Shown piece after piece: positions 8,909-18,035 of a DNA stretch of 64,000 bases. Numbering within the stretch: position 1 is the first letter of the stretch; each line of letters starts with the position of its first letter. The notes beneath the pieces were generated by a model. The model ran no database searches. It saw only the letters and a program-made list of their open reading frames with translations, and was not told the DNA's origin. The stretch comes from Escherichia phage vB_EcoP_PhAPEC7, in sequence record NC_024790.1. The stretch is one strand, 5' to 3'. The position numbers were made by a program, and so were the translations under genes.

Positions 8909-9235
8909 ATGAAAACTTTATTTGCTGTTGTTCTAGTAGCTTTATCAGTTATGTCATTCGGTGCTCAGGCATCTAGTCGTGCAACCTTATTGGAAGCTGC
9001 TGCTGATTACAAAGCCGATAAGGGAAACTTTTTGAACCAGGGTTACTTCATGGGCATGGTTACCATGGGTGTAGAAGCAGGAAATAACTGTGTACCTGAC
9101 AATATGAAGTTAGGGCACATTTTTGACAAAGTGGCCTCTATTATTCTGTATGACCGAAAGGTTAATGCAGTAAAAATACCATCAGACATGGTTCTGCTAG
9201 CGATTGATACAGCGTATCCATGCGTTAAATCTTAA
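8909..9235 (+). CDS. Secreted/periplasmic protein with signal peptide (108 aa)
   Basis: N-terminus MKTLFAVVLVALSVMSFGAQA is signal-peptide-like. Confidence 0.45.
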   Translation: MKTLFAVVLVALSVMSFGAQASSRATLLEAAADYKADKGNFLNQGYFMGMVTMGVEAGNNCVPDNMKLGHIFDKVASIILYDRKVNAVKIPSDMVLLAIDTAYPCVKS

Positions 9236-9269
9236 TTAGTAATTCCATTAACTTTAGGAGAGTAAGTAA

Positions 9270-10322
9270 ATGGCGAGCATTGACTCCTTGACTGTATGTA
9301 ATACACGCCAAGCCCGTAATTTTATTATCCGTGCCCTGCAAGCAGGTAACGTACCGTTCCTGACTTCATCACCAGGCATGGGTAAATCTGCAATTATCCG
9401 TTCTGTTGCAGAAGAATTTGGCATGAAGCTGATTGACCATCGTCTGTCTACTTCTGCCCCGGAAGACCTGTCTGGTCTACCATTCCGTAATGGTGACCGT
9501 GCAGAATTTATCCCATTCGCTGACTTATTCCCTATCGAGGGAGATGAAGTACCGGAAGGTTATAATGGCTGGCTCCTGTTCCTTGATGAGTTCAACTCAG
9601 CTAAGAAAGAAGTAGTAGCTGCAGCATACAAACTGATTTTAGACCGCATGACTGGACAGAAGAAACTTCACCCTAATGTGATGATTATCTGTGCCGGTAA
9701 CAAAGCTACTGACCGTGCTATCGTTAACCCACTGGGTACTGCAATGCAGTCTCGTGTTGTCCACTTCGAAATGGAACTTAACTTCGACATCTTTGTTGAA
9801 GACGTAATGATTCCGCAGGAATGGGATGAACGTCTGGTTGCATTCTTACATGCTAACCCTGGCTATCTGCATGACTTCGATCCTGCCCACAAGAACAAAA
9901 CGTTCTGTTGTCCTCGTACCTGGGACTTTGTTAACAAAGACCTCAAGAATCGACCAGAAGGTGCTCTGCCTGATGAAGATTCCCTATACTACAGTGGATT
10001 TGTTACACCAGGTAAGGCTGTAGAGTTTGTTCAGTTCACTCAGGTATACAATCGTATGATTACGATTGAGAAGGTAGTCAAAGACCCGCTGGGCTGTGCA
10101 CTGCCTGAAGATAATAACCTGTGCTGGGCTACCGTTAACCATCTGGCTAACAAGACTACTGAAGATAACTTCGCTGATGTACTTCAGTATATTGAACGCT
10201 TTAAAACGTTCACTCATAAGATTCTGTACTTCCGTACAGTAGGCAGAGCATTACCAGAAATTCAGGCTACCCCTGAATGGCGTAAGGCTGCTGCCAATAT
10301 CTCTCGTTACATTCACGGATAA
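9270..10322 (+). CDS. AAA+ ATPase (MoxR-like, 350 aa)
   Basis: Walker A SPGMGKSA, Walker B LLFLDEFN; paired with the downstream vWA gene. Confidence 0.65.
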   Translation: MASIDSLTVCNTRQARNFIIRALQAGNVPFLTSSPGMGKSAIIRSVAEEFGMKLIDHRLSTSAPEDLSGLPFRNGDRAEFIPFADLFPIEGDEVPEGYNGWLLFLDEFNSAKKEVVAAAYKLILDRMTGQKKLHPNVMIICAGNKATDRAIVNPLGTAMQSRVVHFEMELNFDIFVEDVMIPQEWDERLVAFLHANPGYLHDFDPAHKNKTFCCPRTWDFVNKDLKNRPEGALPDEDSLYYSGFVTPGKAVEFVQFTQVYNRMITIEKVVKDPLGCALPEDNNLCWATVNHLANKTTEDNFADVLQYIERFKTFTHKILYFRTVGRALPEIQATPEWRKAAANISRYIHG

Positions 10323-10329
10323 TCACAAC

Positions 10330-11505
10330 ATGAACCAGATACCTCAGCACACACTTAGTGATGAACAACTCATGCGTGAGTATGACCGTATTCAGGCGCA
10401 GGCATTCCTTGGACGTAGTGCAGCGTTTTTTGGTTCATTGCTGTGTAGTCTTAAGTTCTCATGGAAACGCGAGGACTGCCCTACTGCATGTACTGACGGG
10501 ATAGAACTCCATTTCAATCCAGACTTCTTTATCTGGATGTGCCCTGATGCGAGAGAAACAGTGCTAATGCACGAACTCTGGCATGTGGCATATCTACATG
10601 GCATCCGCTGTGGAAGCCGTGACCCGGAAATCTGGAACCAGGCATGTGACCACTTCATTAACCTTCAGTTAGAGGAAGATGGATACAAGTTCACTGGTAT
10701 CGACAAAGGCATTTGCAAAGACCCTCAATATAAAGGTTGGGTCGAAGAAGACATCTACGATGACCTGATGAAGAACCCTCAGAAAAGGCAGAAGCCGTCA
10801 GGGGGTGCTGGAGCAGGTCTTGCTGGCGACATGAAAGCTCCCTCTTCGGGGCAGTCCCAGGGTGCTGTTGTCAACAACGTAGTACGTGCAATGCAAAGCC
10901 AGAAGATGGCTGGTGGAATGATGCCCGGTAAAGGTGCTGGTCGTATGGAAGAGGTAATTACCCAATTCCTTAAGCCAGTGGTTCCATGGCAGGAAGTCCT
11001 GCTGAACTTCTTTACCGACATTGATGACTCACACTATACGTGGGCCAGACCTAACCGTCGTTTTACTGACATCTATCTACCATCTCTGGAAGATGATGAA
11101 GGACGCTTACGACACTTAGCTTACTTTGAAGATGTATCTGGTTCCATTAGTAGTGCTGACTCTCTACGTTTTAACTCAGAGGTTGCCTACGTTAAGAGCC
11201 AGTTCAATCCTAAGAAGATGACCCTTATTACCTTCGACGATATTATCCAAGAAGAAATAGACATCACTGAAGAAGATACTTTTGAAGAAATTAAGATTAC
11301 TGGTCGTGGTGGTACAAACCTTGAACCAGTGCGTGAATGGATTATTAAGAATAAGCCAACCGCTGCAATCATATTCTCCGATATGTATGTTCGTCCAATG
11401 GAAGAATTACCATTTGATATCCCTATCATCTGGTGTGTTCTGAATAATCCCAATGCTACCGTACCTTTTGGGGAGGTAGTTCATATCCCTAAAGGAATGA
11501 AATAA
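10330..11505 (+). CDS. vWA-domain protein with N-terminal HExxH metallopeptidase-like domain (DUF2201-like, 391 aa)
   Basis: HELWH zinc-binding motif; MIDAS-like DVSGSIS motif; partner of the AAA+ ATPase. Confidence 0.6.
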   Translation: MNQIPQHTLSDEQLMREYDRIQAQAFLGRSAAFFGSLLCSLKFSWKREDCPTACTDGIELHFNPDFFIWMCPDARETVLMHELWHVAYLHGIRCGSRDPEIWNQACDHFINLQLEEDGYKFTGIDKGICKDPQYKGWVEEDIYDDLMKNPQKRQKPSGGAGAGLAGDMKAPSSGQSQGAVVNNVVRAMQSQKMAGGMMPGKGAGRMEEVITQFLKPVVPWQEVLLNFFTDIDDSHYTWARPNRRFTDIYLPSLEDDEGRLRHLAYFEDVSGSISSADSLRFNSEVAYVKSQFNPKKMTLITFDDIIQEEIDITEEDTFEEIKITGRGGTNLEPVREWIIKNKPTAAIIFSDMYVRPMEELPFDIPIIWCVLNNPNATVPFGEVVHIPKGMK

Positions 11506-12011
11506 TGGTTGTTAATGGTAATTCTCTATACCGTTCATCCCAATTGCTGGATGTTCCGGACCATAAGGTATCGGAACATGGCGTAAGCTACGGACTAGGT
11601 GAAGCTGGTTATGATATTCGTATTAAGCAAGATATCACCTTCTATCGCTTATTTGGGTTGATTCCAATGGTGAAGACTGTCGATGCTGGGGTTGTTAAAC
11701 GCCACTTCGGTAAATTCGCATTGGCTTCGGCAATTGAGAAGTTCAACATGTCTCCGTCCTGTGTAGCTATCGTTCACGATAAGTCTACATGGGCAAGACG
11801 TGCATTATCAGTGTTCAATACCGTAATAGAACCAGGATGGAAAGGGCATCTTACCCTCGAACTGGTCTATCACGGTCGTAAGAAACTGCATATCCCGGCA
11901 GGTGCTGGGATAGCTCAAGTATTATTTCATCTGGTTCAAGAACCTGCTAATTACAATGGCAAGTATCAGAACCAGGAAGACAAACCAGTATCTGCTAGAC
12001 CTTCAAAATAA
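11505..12011 (+). CDS. dcd: dCTP deaminase / dUTPase-fold protein (168 aa)
   Basis: GEAGYDIRI motif typical of the dCTP deaminase/dUTPase fold. Confidence 0.55.
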   Translation: MVVNGNSLYRSSQLLDVPDHKVSEHGVSYGLGEAGYDIRIKQDITFYRLFGLIPMVKTVDAGVVKRHFGKFALASAIEKFNMSPSCVAIVHDKSTWARRALSVFNTVIEPGWKGHLTLELVYHGRKKLHIPAGAGIAQVLFHLVQEPANYNGKYQNQEDKPVSARPSK

Positions 12012-12041
12012 AAGGCTATCCAGATTAACCAAGGAAACAAC

Positions 12042-12227
12042 ATGTCAGTATTTCAAGTAACTCCTGTTGATAGTACCCAGCGTAAAACTATTGTTGCAAC
12101 TAACGTAGTAGACGTAGATGAAACTCCGGCTGGTGCTGTAATTCATCTCATTGATGGGCGAACTATAACTGTAAAAGAAAGCTACCGTTCGGTACGCGGT
12201 TACATTCGCAAAGCTTTAGCTGAGTAA
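12042..12227 (+). CDS. Hypothetical protein (61 aa)
   Basis: ORF with AAGGAAACA upstream. Confidence 0.4.
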   Translation: MSVFQVTPVDSTQRKTIVATNVVDVDETPAGAVIHLIDGRTITVKESYRSVRGYIRKALAE

Positions 12228-12300
12228 GTAGCTGCCTAAATAGCCCAGCATAGTTGGGCTATTTGTGAAGAAACTAACTCAACCCCACATAGGAACCATC

Positions 12301-12543
12301 ATGGAATCTTTAGCAGCAATCCTTATTCTGTTATTTGCACTAGCTGTATACCTTATCCCTACTATTATTGCTTTTGCACGAGGCCATGCCTCTAAGTGGG
12401 GCATTGGTGTACTCAATATCGTATTAGGCTGGTCTTTAGTCTTCTGGGTAGTAGCACTGATCTGGTCACTGTCCAACAAAGGTCAGAACCAAGTTACAAA
12501 TGTAACTGTTGTTCAAACCAATGGTGGCAGTAAAGCAGAGTAA
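12301..12543 (+). CDS. Small membrane protein, superinfection-immunity (Imm)-like (80 aa; start trimmed from 12265)
   Basis: Two transmembrane helices with the ARGHASKWGIGVLNIVLGW pattern; ATG 12301 has AGGA upstream. Confidence 0.45.
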   Translation: MESLAAILILLFALAVYLIPTIIAFARGHASKWGIGVLNIVLGWSLVFWVVALIWSLSNKGQNQVTNVTVVQTNGGSKAE

Positions 12544-12618
12544 CTAACTTAAGCATCATTGCATAGTGGTGCTTGTGGAAGTTACTTCCAGCTCATTGCT
12601 TATCCATCTCCTAATCCA

Positions 12619-12645
12619 AGCCCACCTAACCCGTGGGCTTTTTTA
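12619..12645 (+). terminator. Intrinsic terminator
   Basis: AGCCCAC-loop-GTGGGCT followed by TTTTT; lies inside the 5' part of track ORF 12559. Confidence 0.6.
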
Positions 12646-12660
12646 ATTACAGGTACTCTT

Positions 12661-13041
12661 ATGTCAAACAGACAAAATGGTAAGTCTATCTTATATGGAC
12701 TGGACTTAAGTAAACTGGAACAAACTGCAATGCTTACTTTAGGCAAAACTATACATGACCAAGTAGAGAATGAAATAGAATCAGATGTTTATGCAGCAAT
12801 GCAAGCTACTATTCTGAAAGGATGGAATATTAGATCATTTAATGCTTTCCCATACATCCCTCCCGAACCTCATCTGAAATCTAAGGTAGACCGTATCATA
12901 GATAAGTTCTGGCTTAGCCCGTGTGACGAAATGCATCTTTACCTGGCTCAAATACAAAAGAATCCTCGTACTAAGGATGTGTTCAAAAGCAAGAGCACTA
13001 CCCATCATTACCCTTGGTATAGAAGAGGTAGCAAATATTAA
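12661..13041 (+). CDS. Hypothetical protein (126 aa; start trimmed from track ORF 12559)
   Basis: First in-frame ATG downstream of the terminator. Confidence 0.45.
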   Translation: MSNRQNGKSILYGLDLSKLEQTAMLTLGKTIHDQVENEIESDVYAAMQATILKGWNIRSFNAFPYIPPEPHLKSKVDRIIDKFWLSPCDEMHLYLAQIQKNPRTKDVFKSKSTTHHYPWYRRGSKY

Positions 13042-13484
13042 TGCGTATTCCATTCCTAAGAAAAAGGGAACGAAATCCTGTTCTTTATAATAAAGGCATA
13101 GAGGATGAGTATGAACTCAACCGTAAAGCCCGTTCCTACGCAACAAAATTGTTCATGGGTACTAACACCCCAGATAGATTACTGGACTTTGTTTTCGAAC
13201 AAGTCTTTATCATATACAGCTTAGCTATGTCTGCTGGTTCACAAGAAGTAAGTGATAAGGCAAGATATGCTCTCTGTATGCTCCGTAAAGAGTATGAAGC
13301 CCTCATGTATGAAGACTTGTACTCCTTTAAAAAAGAAACCGCTGTAGCGTGTTCTGTGGCTCTTACTGAAGGTATAGCAGTATTACAGGAACTACCTCGT
13401 AGTGAGTTTAAGCTGGTATATGTTCAGGCCAAGAGGATTACAGAAAACCGTAGTGGTATTACCAACTATCTAAGGTCATTCTAA
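13041..13484 (+). CDS. Hypothetical protein (147 aa)
   Basis: Coupled ORF (ATGA overlap). Confidence 0.45.
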   Translation: MRIPFLRKRERNPVLYNKGIEDEYELNRKARSYATKLFMGTNTPDRLLDFVFEQVFIIYSLAMSAGSQEVSDKARYALCMLRKEYEALMYEDLYSFKKETAVACSVALTEGIAVLQELPRSEFKLVYVQAKRITENRSGITNYLRSF

Positions 13485-14428
13485 TGATTAAGGCAACTGT
13501 CATTGCAGATTCCGTTCATCATGCAACGGGTACTCGTATTACTACCTTTGAATTGGTTTATCCCCGATTCATCCACAGTGAGTTTATGACTCACCGTGTA
13601 TTCAACCGCAATGCTTCAAGTAGTCGTGCTATCCCTACTTCTAAGTTCATCGAACAGGTTCGTAATGAACCAGTGATGCCAAGTCATTGGGGCAAGAACC
13701 AGAAAGGTATGCAAGCAGATGAAGAACTCACTCCTAAAGAGATTGAGGATGCTAAGTTTATCTGGGATAACGCTGCATCTGCTGCTGCTGTATACGCTGA
13801 GCAACTGCGTCGTGGACAAGTACATAAGCAGATTGTTAACCGTATTCTGGAACCATTCACACATATTCGTGTGGTGGTAACTTCAACTAGCTGGGCTAAC
13901 TTCTATGGCTTACGTGACCACGAAGATGCCCAACCAGAGATTCGTGAACTGGCTCAAGCAATGCGTAAGGCACATAATGAAAGCACTCCGAGAGCACTCC
14001 CACAAGGGGAATGGCATTTACCGTATATTGCTCATATTGATCGTGTCGGGGCTTATAATTACTGCAAACATCAGCGAATTACTCGTGATGAGCCAAGTAG
14101 TGAAGAAGTGTATGGCTTACTTCTTAAAGTAAGTGCTGCTCGTTGTGCTCGTGCTTCTTACAACAACTTCGAAGGCCGTCCTTCTACTATTGAAGAGGAC
14201 TTAGGATTGTTTGCTAAGTTAGTTGAGAACCAACCTATTCATGCATCCCCTACAGAACACCAGGCAACTCCTATGTTGTTCGGTGATAAGTTCATTAACA
14301 ACCAGAATCCATTAACATGGGAACAGGGTGTTACCTCTATGGATAGAGAAGGTAAGTTGTATTCAGGCAACTTACTGGATTTCATCCAATTTAGGAAACT
14401 AATCCCCGGAGAAACAATTACAGAATGA
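13484..14428 (+). CDS. thyX: Flavin-dependent thymidylate synthase ThyX-like (314 aa)
   Basis: THRVFNRNASSS resembles the ThyX RHR-x7-S signature. Confidence 0.55.
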   Translation: MIKATVIADSVHHATGTRITTFELVYPRFIHSEFMTHRVFNRNASSSRAIPTSKFIEQVRNEPVMPSHWGKNQKGMQADEELTPKEIEDAKFIWDNAASAAAVYAEQLRRGQVHKQIVNRILEPFTHIRVVVTSTSWANFYGLRDHEDAQPEIRELAQAMRKAHNESTPRALPQGEWHLPYIAHIDRVGAYNYCKHQRITRDEPSSEEVYGLLLKVSAARCARASYNNFEGRPSTIEEDLGLFAKLVENQPIHASPTEHQATPMLFGDKFINNQNPLTWEQGVTSMDREGKLYSGNLLDFIQFRKLIPGETITE

Positions 14429-14664
14429 AACGTTTAGCTATCCAAGCAATGATTATAAGTATCATCCTGGTTCTGGAATTTGTATTTGCACTACATGGTG
14501 CACAGAGCCTGGAAGAGATGTTCTTCGTAGTAGCCCGTTTCTCTGCGTGTGTTCTTAACCTATGGTGTGTGTATTACTATGCACGCGACTATGTAGCTAT
14601 CAAGGAACAGGATGATGCTAAGGAACGTCTATTACAATTCTTCGTAGGACGGAATCGTAAGTAA
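14425..14664 (+). CDS. Small membrane protein (79 aa)
   Basis: N-terminal transmembrane helix; ATGA overlap with thyX-like gene. Confidence 0.4.
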   Translation: MKRLAIQAMIISIILVLEFVFALHGAQSLEEMFFVVARFSACVLNLWCVYYYARDYVAIKEQDDAKERLLQFFVGRNRK

Positions 14665-14670
14665 ACCTAA

Positions 14671-14696
14671 GACCTCCTCCGGGAGGTCTTTTTTTG
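14671..14696 (+). terminator. Intrinsic terminator
   Basis: GACCTCC-TCCG-GGAGGTC followed by TTTTTTTT. Confidence 0.75.
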
Positions 14697-14723
14697 ATTC
14701 TATTAACTCTTTTAGGAGGGCAT

Positions 14724-14939
14724 ATGCCTGCTAAATACCGTATCAAAGACACGCCTGTAATGGACTCACAAGTCAATAAAGGTGATGTTGTTTATGCCTG
14801 TACACAGGATGATTTCGACACTGCTATCAGCATGTCCCAGATTACTGGTATTCATCATGTGTCCGTAACCCTAGACCCCACAGGGGATTATCCATTCTTC
14901 CCCATCCCCACTCATAACCTGGAGCAAATCCATGATTAA
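14724..14939 (+). CDS. Hypothetical protein (71 aa; start trimmed from 14694)
   Basis: Internal ATG with AGGAGG upstream; track start lies within the terminator. Confidence 0.4.
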   Translation: MPAKYRIKDTPVMDSQVNKGDVVYACTQDDFDTAISMSQITGIHHVSVTLDPTGDYPFFPIPTHNLEQIHD

Positions 14940-15258
14940 TCCTGAAGTTATTCATAGTAAAACTGGTAAGGCTGTTCCACTTAGCGATATTGCAGTTACT
15001 GGTGATATTGCTGCTTGTCCGGCTAACATCGCTTCCCTGTGTATGTGCATTGCTGCACTAGCAGAGGAACGTAAATTATGGCTGGAACCAAGCAAAGAGA
15101 TGATTCAGGCTGGTTTGGCAGAAGTACAAAGAACCGTAGACCAGTGGCATGAAGAGTCATTCGCTGGCTTATGTATGCCAGAAGATTTAACTGATGATAT
15201 GGCATCAGATATGGCTGTATTCGTCCTTCAAGCAATGGCAGGTAAACGCAATGGCTAA
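14932..15258 (+). CDS. Hypothetical protein (108 aa)
   Basis: Coupled ORF. Confidence 0.4.
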   Translation: MINPEVIHSKTGKAVPLSDIAVTGDIAACPANIASLCMCIAALAEERKLWLEPSKEMIQAGLAEVQRTVDQWHEESFAGLCMPEDLTDDMASDMAVFVLQAMAGKRNG

Positions 15259-15442
15259 TGTAAACATCGCCTCAGAGAAAACGTATAGCATTCAGATTAA
15301 TGGCTTAACCGAATATCAGGTCTTATTCCTAATGAATGCTTTTCAAAACAGTCCAGTGGGTCACCACCCTAATGATGAACCGCTGGAAGAAGCTGAACTT
15401 CGCAAAGCTATTTTTGATAAGTGCAAACAAGTTCTACTTTAA
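15251..15442 (+). CDS. Hypothetical protein (63 aa; start trimmed from 15194)
   Basis: ATG overlapping the upstream stop (AATGGCTAA). Confidence 0.35.
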   Translation: MANVNIASEKTYSIQINGLTEYQVLFLMNAFQNSPVGHHPNDEPLEEAELRKAIFDKCKQVLL

Positions 15443-15469
15443 GCAACATTTAAACTGGAGAGTAAATAA

Positions 15470-18031
15470 ATGTTAGTTGCAGATACCAATCAATCAGCCA
15501 CTTCAGCGACACTGGGTGGCAAAGAAGCAATCGCCTTTGGCATCTCTGATGACCCGGCATTCTTTCACGTATTAAGTACTTCCCTGTATAACAACCCAAC
15601 TCTGGCAGTAGTCCGTGAGACTATCTGTAACAGTTGGGATGCTCACATTGAATCAGGTAAGACTGATACTCCTATTCGTATCACTATTGATACTGACAAC
15701 TTTATTACCTTCCGTGACTTTGGTAACGGTATCCCGGATGAACTCATTGGTTCCATTTATGGTGTCTATGGTGCATCTACTAAGAAGTCCAACAGTAGTG
15801 TTACTGGTGGCTTTGGCCTGGGATGTAAATCCCCATTTGCTTATACAGATAGCTTCCAGGTTACATCATGGAACCAAGGAAAGATGTCGGTATATAACGT
15901 AGCTAAGGCTGCAATTGAAAATGATGGCAAACCGGGTATTGTTCCTATTGTTACTGGTATTCCTACTGAGGAATCCGGTCTGGAAGTTAAATTCCAATTA
16001 GGTAAACATGATTTAGATACTTTTATTCGTTATATCAAATCAATTGTATTTAATGGGGAGATTAAGGCTGAGCTTAGTATCCCCAAACTCACTCGTGAAG
16101 AAACGGGTAATATTATTGCCCAGGGTGACTACACTCTACTGAATACACTAGGTATGTCATTTGAACCTGGTTCATATGATTTGTCTGATAGCTGGTATCA
16201 GAACTATATGGGTAGCAGTAACATCTTTGTTCGCTACGGTAACGTAATGTACCCAATAGTATCTAGTCCAGCTAGTGAAGAGGCTGTAGGTCTTATCCTC
16301 AACTTCATGAACATCGTTGGTGCCGGTACTTTAGTAGTTCAGGCTGCACCAGATACCTTAGCTATTGCCCCTAGTCGTGAAACTCTGTCTAACCAGAAGC
16401 TAACCGACGATGGTATTACTACTCTATGTGTAGATTTAGTAGACCGGATGGAGAAAGAGATTAAGACTAAGATTCCTGAAGCTATTAAGCAGGTTGAAGA
16501 GTATGCCTCTGAAGCCACTACTCGCTACTGGGAATATCCATCTTTCTTGGGTGCTGTTACAGACAGAACTGTTCAACGCTATATGTCCTCTAGCTTGTGG
16601 GCTAAGCAACGTAAGCATCATATTAAGCACTGGCGTAATCTATCCAATAAGGCATTATTGGCTCGCCCTGAATATGCAGGTCTTAAGAAACTGTATAGTA
16701 AAGCTATGAGTGCTCTTAAGGATACTCGTACAGATGGTACTTCCACATTCCATGAATTAGTATATCGCCATCTGCACCTACCTCGGCTTGCTGATTTAAA
16801 AGCTACTGGTATTAAGTGGTCTGGTTACATAATGAACCAGGGTAACCGTGTTGACCTGGTGAAAGGTAAACTTACTGATTACTTTAAGATGGGCTATAAC
16901 AGCCATTTGGGTATCGGTATATTCACTACCAAGAACGTTGTAGTTACTCGACGTTTATCTGACTGTGCAGACTCTTTCTCATACTTCCCAGAATACAACC
17001 GAGGTGACCTGGAGCGTACAGCTTTTGTTCACGTCGTTGGTCCTAAGAAGGGTGAAGCAGAGAAAGCTGTAGCTAAGTTCACTGCTATGGGTTATCGGGT
17101 CATTGACCTTACTCAATATAATGAGTGGGACAAGCCAACTAACTTCCGCAGAGAACAAGCTAAGATAGCTGCTGAGAAACGTGCTAAGACAATAGCTGCC
17201 AATAAAACCAAAGCAGGAGGTAAAACTAATGCACTGGTTTCATTGAATGCTGTACTAGGTACTACCCCTGTACGGGATAAAAGTGGTGATTGGGTATCTA
17301 AGCCGTATATCCAGAAGGAATTTGCTGACCCGAGCTACCATGAGAAATCTGGTTTCATTGAAGTGGAACTGCCTAAGTACTACGTTCTAGCCAATCAGGT
17401 TGGTTCTGGTAGACCAGAAACTGCCAAGATTGGAACCATGTGGAAATGGTATGAACTGTCCGATGAGATGAAAGCAGAGACTGTTGTCTGTCGTAATCAA
17501 ATCGAAGTTAACAAGGCCAAACGCCGTGGTGCTATTCACATTGACGATATTCGTCTTAATGAATTGATGTCTGTTATTACCAGCAAGGGATTCAAGAAGT
17601 ATGCCAGTGAACAGCGTATTGGTGTTCTGGAATACGTAGGGCTGGATGACAGGGAATATTGGGAAATTCTCGATATTCTGGGACTAACATTCAAACCATT
17701 GCAGAACCTGGTTCTTAAACCAGAATACGAGTGGGCATGTGACTTCCTAAGAAGTCATTCACGTAACAAAGAGAAACTCGTTGAGATGGGCCTCATTAAG
17801 TCAGTAGATGACTTGGAACCATATGTAAGAATGGTTATTCCTCGTATGCATAAGCATTTCGAAGTACTTAACGAGTACAAAGGACTATTCAGTTACAACT
17901 GGAGTGCTGGCGACATTCTACAGAACCTGGACTTAGGTAGTTTAGTCAAACATCTCAAGAAGAATCCAGAGGATATTCCTGGGTTTAAGTCCCTCTACCG
18001 TAATCGTCTAAATAAACTGAAAGGTAAATAA
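15470..18031 (+). CDS. rIIA: rIIA-like protein with GHKL-type ATPase domain (853 aa)
   Basis: N-box ETICNSWDA and G1-box RDFGNGIPDE of a GHKL ATPase fold; size and position match N4-like rIIA. Confidence 0.6.
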   Translation: MLVADTNQSATSATLGGKEAIAFGISDDPAFFHVLSTSLYNNPTLAVVRETICNSWDAHIESGKTDTPIRITIDTDNFITFRDFGNGIPDELIGSIYGVYGASTKKSNSSVTGGFGLGCKSPFAYTDSFQVTSWNQGKMSVYNVAKAAIENDGKPGIVPIVTGIPTEESGLEVKFQLGKHDLDTFIRYIKSIVFNGEIKAELSIPKLTREETGNIIAQGDYTLLNTLGMSFEPGSYDLSDSWYQNYMGSSNIFVRYGNVMYPIVSSPASEEAVGLILNFMNIVGAGTLVVQAAPDTLAIAPSRETLSNQKLTDDGITTLCVDLVDRMEKEIKTKIPEAIKQVEEYASEATTRYWEYPSFLGAVTDRTVQRYMSSSLWAKQRKHHIKHWRNLSNKALLARPEYAGLKKLYSKAMSALKDTRTDGTSTFHELVYRHLHLPRLADLKATGIKWSGYIMNQGNRVDLVKGKLTDYFKMGYNSHLGIGIFTTKNVVVTRRLSDCADSFSYFPEYNRGDLERTAFVHVVGPKKGEAEKAVAKFTAMGYRVIDLTQYNEWDKPTNFRREQAKIAAEKRAKTIAANKTKAGGKTNALVSLNAVLGTTPVRDKSGDWVSKPYIQKEFADPSYHEKSGFIEVELPKYYVLANQVGSGRPETAKIGTMWKWYELSDEMKAETVVCRNQIEVNKAKRRGAIHIDDIRLNELMSVITSKGFKKYASEQRIGVLEYVGLDDREYWEILDILGLTFKPLQNLVLKPEYEWACDFLRSHSRNKEKLVEMGLIKSVDDLEPYVRMVIPRMHKHFEVLNEYKGLFSYNWSAGDILQNLDLGSLVKHLKKNPEDIPGFKSLYRNRLNKLKGK

Positions 18032-18035
18032 TCTG

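Noticed and set aside
12559-12660. N-terminal extension of track ORF 12559-13041
   Set aside because: Contains a canonical intrinsic terminator (12619-12645); the gene more plausibly starts at ATG 12661.
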